A DNA stretch of 55,645 nt, counting the filler, from Platydemus manokwari (lineage: Eukaryota), in the NCBI GenBank assembly GCA_037951405.1. It is 5 parts of 5 records of this genome, joined end to end, with 100 filler letters (N's around TTAATTAATTAA, not from the genome) between each part and the next. Parts side by side here need not be neighbours in the genome. Positions count along the whole stretch, not along the records: positions 1 to 13,288 come from JBBMOY011769174.1; 4 more parts are not named here. One strand, given 5' to 3'. The number at the start of each line of letters is the position of its first letter. Position 1 is the first letter of the stretch. Positions 1-13,388 of the stretch are shown in pieces. The notes beneath the pieces are model-generated. The model was not told the DNA's origin. It did not search any database and worked only from the letters and a program-made list of their open reading frames with translations. A program made the position numbers and the translations under genes.

Positions 1-80
1 TATATATAAAATCGAATTGTGGGCAAAAATAGTTATAATAAAACTTTAGAAAAATGAATTACTCACTATAATTAATTCAC

Positions 81-1142
81 GTTGCCTTGGAAATAATAGA
101 CGTTGATATAACAATTCAAAATTCAAATCCAAATAACCATGGCAACTTAGTAAACTATCATAAAAGATATTAAATGACTAATAAATTCCACAAACGATCA
201 CAATCACACATAGACTTGTCAATCAAAACCCATCAAAGTTTCTCTCAATAATTTGCGTACGTTCTCATTAGCACTGAATTTTCATACAGATTTCGCACAG
301 CGAACAATCGTTATTTTGGATATTTTATACACGATTTTCAACCCGACTAGTGTTCGTCAGTAGTGTCTTCAGAATCATTAAGGATCGGCAATGTTACGTA
401 ATTGTTAATTGCTATGGTATTTTATATATTTATTATGTTGTTCATTGTTTTTAATTGATTAGTAATACGCACCTGATTATCTGTTAGTAGTCAGATTTTT
501 GGTGGATGCATCAATTATCGACTTTTAACTGCTTATTAACGATTTGAATCATCGGGAAAATCTTATTGATTCAAATCTATTAAAAATACCTCACTGAATT
601 CCACCAAAATAATCAATCATATTGCCCCAAATACATTGACTTCTAATTGATATTGGAATAATAACAACAAGAACTGGAGGAAACTTTTTACTGGTGAAAA
701 GCTACAAAATCACAATCATTTTCTTTCGCATATTTTCAACAGTAAAATCTCTCAGACATTTTATTGCAATCCGCAGCTCAATAAATGTCTTAAGATTTTT
801 GAAACATTTAAAAATATTAACTCACAATACACCAATTACCACAAATCTGTCCAGTGATCGTTAGCATAACAGTTGCCTAACAACTTCTATTAGGTATATA
901 ATTTTTTCCTCGCTACTGAGAAACCAATAAGTTGCAGAAACAAGCAAATCAACACTGAAAATTTTCCTAAATGTATGCAATATGTAACATTCTAAAAATA
1001 ATCCGATCGATACCCCGTGCCATAAGAGTTTCAAATCAATCCAAATATAAATGATAAAATCAAACGTTTTTCCTTACTTGAAAATTAGGTGCCTCGAAAT
1101 GCAAATCCCCTAGTTTTGACAGCAAAAAGTTTCCATAGTAAT
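81..1142. promoter_or_regulatory. Cluster of four RFX X-box-like palindromes upstream of the EML gene
   Basis: GTTGCCTTGGAAAT (81-94), ATAACCATGGCAAC (133-146), GTTGCCTAACAAC (872-884) and GTTTCCATAGTAAT (1129-1142) are each about one mismatch from GTNRCC-N0-3-RGYAAC. Confidence 0.5.
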
Positions 1143-1419
1143 TATTGTATCCATTTTAACCAGTTATCGATTTTATTTCCAATTGTTTCGATCTTTATTT
1201 AAAATTTTTTCAACTTAATATAATTTTTATTTAGCGAAATTCATTTTTAAAATTTTAATTCTTTACTTTATGCAAGCATGGTAAATTCGAGAATTTTTTT
1301 CACGATTTCTTTAAAATCGCACAATTTTAATTTTCAAATCGTTTTTGTTTGTATTTGTTTAGCAGCATTATTATCTATTTATTTCTTCAAGCATCTTGGC
1401 AGAAAATCCGAATTTCCAG

Positions 1420-4400
1420 ATGGACATCGAAAACGGTAAGCTATTGCCTATTTGATGATGTTTTTCCATATAATCAATAAAGCATGTGTTGTGAAAGCAA
1501 TGTTATTGATTTTTATATGTATAAACGAAAAAAATTTCAATTTCATATTTTTTTCGTCTGTATGTCTTAAATAAATTTTTTTCAAAATTCATTTTAATTT
1601 TTTCAAAATTTTCACAATCGATTTCTCAGTTATATTTTTTTAGAATCGTTGATTTTTTGAATAATTATGTTTTTAAACTTTTGTCATTACCTTGTATCGA
1701 ATCGGCAAGATACGTACCGAGTTAGATTATTGCATTTCTGATTATCGAATTATTCATAAATCGATTGGGTTTTTTAATAATTATTGTGGAACGCTTTCAT
1801 CTATTAATTTTTCGTATATTAATGTGAAATCCAGGCCTGTGATTAATGTTTCAGACTTGGCATAGTTTTTACAGAAATATTTTTTCTAATGAATTAGTCT
1901 GTCTCAAACCACTGACTTACTTCAATGGGCTCTATAATACTGTGAAATAGTTCTGATTAATACGTAAAATGGTGTTATAATAATATTTAGATAAATCTTA
2001 CAAGATATTACCTTAATCGATATTTTATTGATCACAAAAACACGATTTTTCGAATAATTACTGTTATAAAAATCAATACAAATGACTGTCATTGTTTTGA
2101 CTATTAGTTACATTTGCCTTGAATTATTTAAGATTTTCTTTGGTCATAGTCTCCATGAGTGCACACACGTTTTAAAAAAAGTGAGCACACTCAATGTTTT
2201 AATATTAGTTGGTGTATTTACAAAATAGGTTAATATTGATTCCTCTTTGAAACAAAGTAAGAAATTTTTTTAGATTTAGGATTTTCGTTTAATATTTTTT
2301 CGTTTTTTTTCAATTTTTTTTAGAAATTCAGGCATTCTTTCGTTAATTAATGAAGAAGTTTTTCAAAAAAGCGTCTTCTTTAACCGTCCCCGTTTCCTAT
2401 TTTGCCTCGAAATTTGGTAAAAAGAAACATTCTGTTAAAGACGATTCTGAAGAAGTTTCGGACTTGCCTGATTTACCTGATTTAGAGGACATGATTAATG
2501 GTACTGTGGAAGAGGATATTGTAGAACAAACCAGGGCTCCGGTAGATGAATCTTTTGTAGATTCTCATAGAAAAGTTGAAGTTTTAGAGAAGGGAAATCC
2601 AAGTCAAACATTACTACTTGATAAAACTGATGAAACCTTTACCTCTCCTTCTTTTAATCCCGCCTTTGAAAACAGAAACGTTCAGGTACAACCGATATCC
2701 ATTAATATGCCAACAGTAAGTACAGTAAAATATTATGAAAAACCCGAAAAGAGTTACACAATGTCTAATATCAAGACTACATTGAAAGAAAAAGAGCGTT
2801 AGTTTATTCAAACGAAAATAACTTTAAAACATATTCCTGAATGTCATTCATATTTTCAGACGTTATGCAAAAGAAAATTGACGATTTGGAAAAAGTTTCC
2901 GAAAACCAATCTAAAGAGATCACGGAATTGAGATCTGTTTTGAATGACTGCTTATCTCGACTTGCAGCCCTGGAAGGTGGATCCAAAGGATCGAAAGACA
3001 AAAGTTCTACACCGAATTCTTTAAGACTAACGTCACCGAAAGGTTTTTACATTTAAAAATCTTTAGAAATTGAACTTCAGATTTTTCACAGCAAAAGAAG
3101 TGCAATTACGAAAATCACTGACCAGTCCAAGAACTCCAGTGAAAGCTGCTAGATTATCTGGTACTCCCACTCGCAGAAGCACGAGTGATTTAGCTAAGTA
3201 ATCTTGTTTTTGTGTTTATATTTATTGTAATGGAACTCATAATATGAAAATAAATTCATCAGTTTTATAGCTATGGCAATCAATAATTATTAATCCAGGT
3301 TAGCTTTTACTACCCATTCAACTGGTATGTTAATGAAATTTTATGGGTGAAACTTCAATGATTTTGGCGATAAAATTCTAATGAACACAATAATGAATTC
3401 TGATCAGTATGTGTGTTTTGAAAAGCAATTCAACAATGATGTTTGTCTGGGAAAATTAATTGTCATTGGCAGAAATAATGGATAATAGAATTTCATTTTT
3501 TATAATTTGAAAAACGTTTCGTTGAACAAGAATTTTATTAATAAATAATATCCAAACACTCCGGTTTCCGTATGGGATTTGAGGAATTATGCTTTTGTTT
3601 TTTGCAAATAACGATTTGTTTTCCAAATAGATTTAATAAATTATATTATTAATCAATACAAATATTAAAACTATTGTTAATCAATATTAGCAATTTTATC
3701 ATTATTGATTTATTATTATTATTAATTTTTTCATAAATTATATCTTTATTAATATTACAAATCAATAAAAATATTAAAACTATTGATAATCAATATAAAT
3801 ATAAAAATTATGGTTATTATAAATAGAAATAAATCAATATAAATATCAAAACAGTTTTTAATCAAAATAAATATTAAATGTATTTTATCAACAAGATTAT
3901 AGACTAAAATTTTGACACAATACGGGGTTCATAGGTCATTTAATAATATTAGTAATATTAATATTAATAATAAAATTCCATAATATCTATCTAGTGGTAG
4001 ATTAGAAGATTACCGATAACTTCAATATGAATAAATAATTCCTGCGGTAGTGTAGTAGAAGAATGAATCACGGCAATGGAATAATAGCGTATGATTTATA
4101 TACTATCAAGAGCCAATTTCTTTCGAAAAAATAAAATGTACTATAAAATAATAGTTATTGTTGTTATGTGTATTGTGATGAATGGACTGATATCGAATCA
4201 AAATGTTTTCGAAATTGGTTCCTTCAATCCCGTTATAGATCGTGAGTTCCATTATACGGGCGAAGCGGGTTATGGAATGATAGATTCGAAATGAAAACCA
4301 TTACAAAACTTGTCTGTCAACGGACTACCTATTGGGTTTGTCAACAATTTAAAAGGCAAATCTCCATAATTCGTAGAATTATAATCAATACATTATTACT

Positions 4401-7400
4401 CATTTTATTAATAATATTATTTTATCAATAATAATATATTATTGTTATTTTAAATTTTTATAACAAAAGCATAATTAAAGAATTTTTCAATTTCTTGTTT
4501 CTTTGTTCAAATCTCTAGAAAATTTTACTTTTAAAATCCCAAAATCATTGAAATATATTAATTCAATAAATCAATCGATAATTGTGTTTTTTAATCTAAA
4601 GTGATAAAGTTGCACGCATAACTTTACATGATTTTTGTAACCATTACCTCGTGGCTTTAAAATTATAGAAGATCAAAATCTGTACCGAATTACAGAAGAC
4701 CTTGGAAACCACCCGGGGGACTTGTGATTTGTCCAATTATAATTAAATCTGGAAAAGTTACCAAGAAAGATGTTATTGATACACAAAAGCAAGTTTTAGC
4801 GCTTTTGAGGTTTTGGGTTTATGTTTCATTATGTGTTGATGTAGAATTGGATGATAACATGGGAATAATTAAATTAACAGATAACCGATCAATATATTTT
4901 ATCGATAAATTTGGAATTTCATTAACAAAAACTCTTATCGAATATTTGGAATTTTTCGTCTAGGTAATTTGACGAAAATTAATCGATATTCCAATAAAAA
5001 AGTCTGAACTTTATTTAATTGGATGAGATTATTGTATTTTTATGAAAATATTATTTAAACTTTGGATTGTTTATCTGGGTTGAAGTATAAAATGAAACGA
5101 TTCTGTTGATAAAATACAATGCCACGTATGAAATGTTTAGAACAGTAAACAACCTTTGGTTAAGTTTTACAAACATTAGAAATCATCTAAAAATCGTTCA
5201 TGGGTTAGATCAATGATTCCAAAAGTGATTCATATCAACCTCCAAGGGTCGATGAAGACCTGTAAGGGGTCTTCGTGGGTTAAAAAATTGGGGGGTCAGT
5301 GGGAAGAATTTTTCAAAAATTGCAAAAAAACAGTGCAATTGATACAATTTTAGTATTAAAAAAATTATAAAAATTTAACCTTGCAGTATTATCAAGTCAG
5401 GATCTTCGCATAAAGCTTATTTCTTTTAATTTAACAGATACTATAATAGTTTAATTTAACATTAATTAATAAAATAGCAATTATATTAAAATGTTTTATG
5501 GTGTATAGCAAGGGGTCTACCCAAAACCGAAAAAATGGCAAGAAATCTAAGAGAGAAAAAGTTTGAGAACCTCTTGGTTAGATAATGGATGGTTATTTAA
5601 CCACCTTCAATTAAATGTATTGTCTTTGGGATTCTTGTTGATTTCTTTTCGAAAAATTTAGAATTAAAACCGAGCGATTAACCTCATTGGTTATTTTAAT
5701 CTAATATTCCCCTTTAATTATTCAAAGGATATAACGCAATTTATCCAAATCACTGGTCACATTAATGATTCTGGAATTAATTGATGCAAACTCCATTTCC
5801 ACATAATAATTATTGAATATATTAAAATAATTATAAACACAACAAGGCGCTCGATTGACCGCGTCAGTCTCAAACTGAAATTGGGTTTTCGTTTGATGAT
5901 TTCTGCTTCGAATTAATTGAATAAATATTTTTTCCTTATTTTTTTTCAAATTTCTAAAGTATTGTCCATTGCATTTGTTATTTTATTTTTGAGACACTTG
6001 AAAATATGTGCTTTTGTGAAAGGAGTTTTACTCACTTAAATATGTGCTCGGTTTATATTTGTTACCAATAGCACATTATGCAATACCGAGTTCTTTATTT
6101 TAGTTTGTCGTGTTCTCTAATAGAAATTGTTTACTTTCTTATTTTTCCTAGATCAACATTTGATTACAAATCTAGATTGTATCAGTAATAGTATTTAGAA
6201 GTCTCGATTAAATAATTATTAGATAAAACTCGAATATAAATCTTAAAAAAATTTTTTTATTACTTTAGGTTTTCAAATTTTTCATATTTTTGAATAAAAG
6301 TAAATTAAACTTAGAAAATCTCAAGTCCAGGATGAGTCATGAGGATCAAGAGAGAAAACTTTTGTGTGTTTTTGAAGTTCCTCATCAACTAATATTCTTC
6401 TTTTTTAAGATATAAATTGTTCGGTAATTCCGCGATAATTTAGGCATTTTATTAATTCAGAAAATTCATCACAGATTTTTGAAAAGAAATCGTCACATAA
6501 TATATGAGCACAAGATCCAATAAGTATTGAGAAACTCGAGTATAAAAGATTATATTGTCAAACTGGTTTAGAGAGGAAAATATAATTCTGATTGTAAGAA
6601 AAAATTCTTTGAGTATTGGCGGCATCAATTGCAACTAAATTAACTCTTTCGCTACTGCTTTAAAAAAATGTGAAAAAATCATCTGCGAAATTAGAAAAGC
6701 TGTGATAAAACTATGTATGTATGAAAAATTTTTAACAGCAACTTTAAATCTCTCAAATAAAGATTTTGAGAGAAGTCATTTTTGTGCCTTAAATTCGATA
6801 TTGAATTCAAGCTTCCACTTAATAAAATAATTAATATTTTAAAAGATATAGTATAGTCAATCTAAGTTATATCATATTTCATAATATACGGTCATAGAAA
6901 GATTATCTATGAGTAGAATGAACTACTAGCTATCGACGAATCCCCTATTGATTGTATTTAGTTATGAATTGTTAATCTTTATTTTTAAATGGAATTTATG
7001 ATATGATGTTAGTTGCTGTAGAATGTACGTATCAGTAGCTTTCAACCGACATTTCACAGAAACCAAGGAGTCTGTATGAGTAGACTAATTGGACAACGAG
7101 CCATTTGTATTAAACAGATTCTCAATTAGGCAAAGGAACAAAAAAGGCTACATCTTTAACAGGTTTTCTGCACGATAACATATTTTGCGCTTTTTCCTCA
7201 CAAAGCTTTTTCTAGTCATTGGTCCATAGAAATTTGATAACTAAACCAAAGTTTGGTAGAACGTTATCATTCAAGCTATTATCAAACATGGGGCCTAATA
7301 ATTACACTTATTTTTATGAGTTCGAGTCGTTAGATATACCGATACTTTAATAATAATAATTTCAATCTTTTCGACTGTAATTCCAATGTAATTTTAAGAA

Positions 7401-10400
7401 TAAATTAAATGACGTGGGGATTCTCGACGAACTTAGTATTTGTAAATGATTCAGTACTGAGTAAGTAGTCGAAATATTTTAGGTATGCTTTAAAGACTAC
7501 GAAATATATAGTGTGGAACAATTAAGAAAATAGAAAGGACACAGGCTTAATCTGTGTTTAGGCAAAACAATGCCCTTTAGTGAAAAAATTCATATTTAAA
7601 ATGATCTTTCTGCTCATATGTGTCAAAATTTCGCAGTCCCTACTTTAAACAAAACATTTGGTTTATTGATTAGAATAATTACCAATTCATGTCATCGATA
7701 ATTCTATTGGTTGTAAAACTATAAACAGAAATCACAATTCTTATCAATTGTCTTCAATGTGATTCAAATTACCAAAAAAATTTCCGTCGATTTTCTTTCT
7801 ATTCAATAACTCGGATTGTATGTCGCTGATTTTCTACAAAGAAAATGATACGCATAAATTAATAATATAAATAAAATACCAGCAAATAATTTCCTTTCTA
7901 TGAACGAGTTTTCACAATTTGATTTCCATTTATATTGACAATGGTCGCTATAAATAGATTTCTCTACCAGGGTCTCCGTTTCGATAAACTCGAAAGAAAT
8001 CTCAAGAAATTTTACTTTAATTTAGTATTCATTATTAATATTCACGAAATATTTCTGTGGTATCAAGAACCACTAAATTAAGTTGTACGAATTAGATATG
8101 GTTCCAAGTCACAAAGTGGAAAAAATAATTTTTCAATATCGCTTATCAAAAATATTAAAACAATATAATATTATATTTGATGACATCTGTAATTGCAGTC
8201 ATTCAATAACTTAACGGAATTATTGGTGACTATTAAATTTCATATCGCATTATTATGTGATAAAAACCATGTTCATTCGTCGTTAAGGATAGGTTTACGA
8301 TTAATTAAATTTAATTAACATCTTGCAATAATATGATCCAAGCCTTGATTATTGAATTTCGAGCGGAATTTTGGAGAAGTGAAATTCTGCTACCAATTAT
8401 AATGATGTTAAAGCGATATTACTCGTGTTAAGAGATTAATTTCAAAATCTATTAGACATTTTAAACCATATTTTAGCTCGTGTTTATTTAAATTTTTATT
8501 ACTATTTTTTTAACCATCATAAAGAGCACGAATGGGAAATTTAGCTCATAATATTGATGTTGGAATTTTTTAATGATATGTTGAATTTAAAATTGATATT
8601 TTAGAATAAAGTTGGTTTTTTTCTTGAGTGATTTGAATATCCATTAAATAGGTCTATTATTTCTAATTCATAACCGCCAATAAAAATGGTATCGTTTTTC
8701 AAGATATTTATAATACAGACAACGAAATATGTCTCAGCTAAGATCATGGGCGAGTCAGCCTCATTTTAAGAATTCTTTTCAATACATGAAACACTTCGAT
8801 TTATAAAACAATAATAAAAAATATAAATATAACATTATGGACTTTTATATGAGTGATAATAATATTTTTATAATTGTCATTAATACGGAATAAATCCTTA
8901 ATTTCATCAAATAATTTGGTAAACATTAGCAAAAACTATGGGGTGTTTTAGATATAGTTGCATTATCGGGTTATTATTATTATGACGGCAGCAGATTTAA
9001 TTGATTGATGATGATTTTATCATATAGACTTAGTCGTGACTTATTATCATAGAATCTCACATAGAATCTCCATAAAAATCACTTGTTGTTTCATCCTTGA
9101 TTAGCTGTTTTAAACGAATTATTGTTTCGTATAAATATATCCCTCATAATAACAAATTTGGACTTTAGCTTTTTGTAAGATAATTACCGATTTGTATTTG
9201 TTTTGGTGAGAATGACATTAATGGTTCTTCAAGAAATGAAGCTGGTGAAAATCACAGCGAAATTAAGGGTATCCTGATATTGTGAATTTTTTCAGAAGAT
9301 CTGCCTGTAATTTTTTTAACATGAAAATCTGGAACATTTCTTAAAAATAGGCTTAAAATCAATATGAAAGCTAGTTTATTTTCTGTGAAATTTATGTTGT
9401 ATAGATCTGGAAATTCAGTATAAGATTTCAATGTTTTATTTCAGTTTTAATTTTGTTCTGTTTGTGATTTGATTTCCAAATTTAAAATTTGTGAATTCGA
9501 CAGTGAAATGAAATCAATAATTTTTAGATTTCTTAACCAATATGAATTTAGAAATCATTAAATGCACATTTCAAAATATTGATCGACTCTGTTAATTTCA
9601 TTATATCGCTCAAATTAGAGCCAAGAATCGGCTAATGAAACAGATTGTACTTCAGTGTTACTTTAGATCTAATTTTATTGGAACTTATTATTTAAATAAA
9701 AATTGTATTAAATTATTTTTAAAAATTATTGTTTATAAAGTGGGATTGTATTTCGTTGTTTTTTACGAAAATCATTAACTTATCCTAGAACCCCAGTGAA
9801 AGCTGAAAGATTAAATGGAACTCTTGGTCGCCGAAGCACGAATGATTTAGCTAAGTAATTTGGTTTTCGTCGCTATATTTGTTATGTGTAGCTGCTGAAA
9901 CGTGTAACCACTAATGTGAATAAACGAAATTAAAGCAATCACTTGTGGAAATGTTTCTAATGCTCAATTATGCTAACCATTTAACATATTTATCTCATTT
10001 TTATTTGATGAAAAATTTTGTATTATATTTTAAATATCCATGAAATGTCATCCATTATGCGCGCTTCATTTAAAAATAATATGAAGTCCACTTGTAAATG
10101 GTTCGTTCACTTTAAAATCGGCGAACGTTCATGCAGGTATCAAACTTGTTAAGGTAATAAGATTTTCATTTCCTAATTTGTAAATCATGTTCTATACTTC
10201 AAAAACAAAAGAAAAATAGACAATTGGAACGTCACTATTATGTCATGATTACTTTATCATGTATTAAAATCTGATTTCTATCGAGTTTTGAATTGGTAGT
10301 GTAAGCGAATTTGATAGAAACATTATTTTTCGGAAAAATATTTATGATTAGATTTTAGTACAATTTTTCGTTTCTAAGTTTTCATTGGCCGACTGAAAAG

Positions 10401-13022
10401 GGATTGTGTTAGTTTTAAAGCCAGTCCGTTTAATTTTAGCTTACTACGGTGTCTGCCATAGATATTTTCATCGAAATGAAAAATTAATTATCCATTTCAG
10501 AATAACGACTCAAATATACAATCAATTAAAACATAAAAACGTTAGAAAATCCAAACTGTCATGCGCTTGGAGGCCACCTGGTATTTCGCTATTGTTTTGT
10601 GATTTCAGTTATGGAGTCGAAGCTGATCGTCGCAAACCGATTTTAAATTTAAAAATCAATCCGAAACCACTCATTGATAAATCGGACATTGATAAGTTAG
10701 ACAAATATTCGATATATTCTCATTGGTCAAGGATTTATTTGTCTTTACATGTTTAGCATTGGTGGTTCATGATAGAAAAATATTTTGGAAAATATAGCTG
10801 CTTTATTATAAACATGAAATTGATATCAATGTTTAATCAATACAAATAATCAATATTAAATATTTTATTTTTCAGTCATAAAGAAGCCACATTTGTCAAA
10901 GGTAAGAATGATGTTATTGTATGTGATTAAATTATATAAAATATTTTTACGTAACACGACACATTTCTCATGATTGATTGGGTTAAAACTTTATTTAATA
11001 TTGACATAAATTGATAGATCATTCAAATAGTTCTGCATCGTCATTCATCAAAATGATAAATATCAGAACTGTCAAAGCTTTATTTCATTAATGACTGTTC
11101 CTAGAGTACTGAAAATTAACTGAAATTGAATGTGGGAAATTATAACTGTTCATCTAGGTATCAATATTTAGTGACAATTGTGTGATTTTTAGAAGGTTTT
11201 GCTTTGAAACATATATTGATAAAAAATTTCAAGCAATTCATTTGAATAACCATCAATTATATTTGAATGTCCTTAATTTGTCAGGAATTAAGAACTAACA
11301 TCGGTGGATGAACAGAACAAGATGATCTAATGATAAATGTAAGACTCCACTTTGTGGATGGAATAATAAAGAATCGATTTCTGTGAGATCCACCATTTTC
11401 GATTTCTTTAACATAATTTTGAATTTTTAAGTTTCCATATTTTCCATGTTCGTAGTAATAATTATTATTTCGTCATAAAATTTTTGAATGCTTTACATAG
11501 CATATCGATCGGCCGGAGAGGAAATTATGTTGCTATTAATATTATAAAAATTTCTGATATTCAAATGTCTGTCTGGTATAATTTAAATCATTTTCTAGCC
11601 TGTGTTCTTATTTCGTCAACAAGATAATTACTGTAATCGTTCATAAGATAATTGTTTAATAAAAATCGTCTGAGTGGAAAATATTGGCTCATGACGAAGT
11701 GGTTGTATAGGTCGTTTCATGCTGTTGTTACTTGAAATTTAAAGATTTTTCATCGGCTTTCTTGTTGAAACATAGCACAACATGTATCATCGTAGCTTGT
11801 TTAAATTAGTTTTTATAACTCATCAGACAACAGCGGTAGTAGTAGTAGTTAATAATGTTTCTTGTGTCTGTTTAGCACGCACTGTTTGTGGCGATTTTAA
11901 AATGGATCCAATATTAATATAATAAAAAAAATTCAGTTGAAGTCACAATTGATTCACACATCTTGATTCATACCAGTATTTATCGTAGCTGCACAAGAAA
12001 TCAATTCAGTATCCATATGTGTCACGTCTTGACATTTTCAAAATAAACATTTATTTTCGTATAACTAATCCTAAATTTCTCATTTTTATATTTATCAATT
12101 CAATGATTAGTGTTGTTTTTCATGTCGAGTTAAAAATATCTAATAGTGAGGGAATATTGAGTATAATTCTAACATTTGAAACTCAAAGGGGAATTTGATA
12201 ATTTTTATACTTTAATGTAACAATAAATGTTAAAAATATATCAGTGTAATGTATGTGATATTGATAAATAAAATCTCTTTTCAGGCGAGGGAATAATACG
12301 GATATTCATTAAAGGAAGACCAGTAAATTTATATGTTCCAACTACACTTACCGATGGATTTGATATCAAATGTCAGACGCATGAGCCAGATGAAAGTCTG
12401 AAAATGGAATGGGTGTATCCTTTTCAATATCATCATATGTGATTTGCTTGCGCGTGTCTGAGATTTCGATTTGTATGAGATTATTTTCTCCTGAGTTCTG
12501 TGTGTTTAAATAAGCCGATATTCAAACGATATCATAGAATTTCCGATGATTATTGATTTACTTCAATGAATATTGTATCCTTAGCAATATTTAATCTAGT
12601 TACGGTTACCGTGGAAAAGATTGCAGGAAAAATCTTTATTATTTACCAACAGGAGATCTCGTATATTTTGTTGCGGGAATTGTGGTTTTGCATAATTTGC
12701 AATCACAAACTCAAAGACATTACGTTGAACACACCGATGACATTAAATGGTATTTTAAAAAGTTATTGATTTTCAATTTTTTGATGTATCTGTGAAGTAT
12801 GGCACTACATCCGGATAAAGTGATTTTTGCAACTGGACAAGTTGCTGGGCATTCAAAAGTTGAAGGAAAGGTTTAATTCATGTTTGGTATTATGAATAAA
12901 TAATTATGAAATTAAATTAGCCACATGTTCGCATTTGGAACTCTACTTCGCTTCAGACGATGCACATCATTGGTTTAGGATTTTTTGAAAGAGCTGTCAG
13001 TGCCTTAGGGTTCTCGAAATCG
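1420..13022 (+). CDS. EML: Echinoderm microtubule-associated protein-like (EML/EMAP) gene, 5' part, truncated by the contig end
   Basis: Phase-compatible exons: 1420-1435 or 2350-2797; 2860-3042 (coiled coil EITELRSVLNDCLSRLAALE, EML trimerisation domain); 3092-3197; optional 4669-4809, 9789-9854, 10609-10695; 10876-10901; 12285-12414; 12600-12749; 12798-12870; 12921-13022. The spliced product reads HKEATFVKGEGIIRIFIKGRPVNLYVP...[31 protein letters not shown]...HYVEHTDDIKCMALHPD...ATGQVAG...PHVRIWNS (HELP motif plus first WD repeats). Confidence 0.93.
5211..5575. mobile_element. hAT-type MITE in an EML intron
   Basis: 8-bp direct repeat GGTTAGAT on both sides (5203-5210, 5576-5583); imperfect TIRs CAATGATTCCAAAA / TTTGAGAACCTCTT. 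Confidence 0.6.
5590..6800 (-). pseudogene. Degenerate hAT (Charlie/Buster-like) transposase fragments
   Basis: Broken minus-strand peptides KTPFT, IFIQLIRSR and QFETDAVNRA (resembling FxLQxDESTD) at 5700-6040; ELIxLQ and CDDFFSKI (resembling STYxCExxFS) at 6380-6700; many stops and frameshifts. Confidence 0.4.
12415..12599 (+). other. U12-type (minor spliceosome) GT-AG intron, 185 nt
   Basis: Donor GTATCCTTTT; branch-like TCCTTAGC ending 14 nt before the end of the intron; no polypyrimidine tract; splicing restores EWV-YGYRG. Confidence 0.85.
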
Positions 13023-13288
13023 GTATTATTTTTGAATACGTAACTTTAGTTCAGTTATTTTTATTGATTAATAATTCTGTGAGAATTTATTCGTGTTAAA
13101 GCTTATGAGGAAACATTAATTTTTATCAGTAGTATATTTATATATCAACATTAAATAGCTTCATCAATTACTGATATTGAATAAAATGAAACAATTGTAA
13201 ATTGGCTCAGGAAGAAATTAAACTAATGTATCATCATTGTCAACCATATATTCATGTTTTCTGATATTTATTTATCAGAATTTTTCAA

Positions 13289-13388
13289 NNNNNNNNNNNN
13301 NNNNNNNNNNNNNNNNNNNNNNNNNNNNNNNNTTAATTAATTAANNNNNNNNNNNNNNNNNNNNNNNNNNNNNNNNNNNNNNNNNNNN
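13289..13388. other. Artificial contig spacer N44-TTAATTAATTAA-N44
   Basis: Identical 100-bp structure occurs four times; the core gives stops in all six frames. Confidence 0.97.

Noticed and set aside
4091-4294. 67-aa ORF with a hydrophobic stretch inside the EML intron
   Set aside because: No family was recognised and no phase-compatible splice sites were identified.
9269-9276. GTATCCTG as a second U12 donor
   Set aside because: It deviates at +8, and no supported upstream exon or matching branch site was found.
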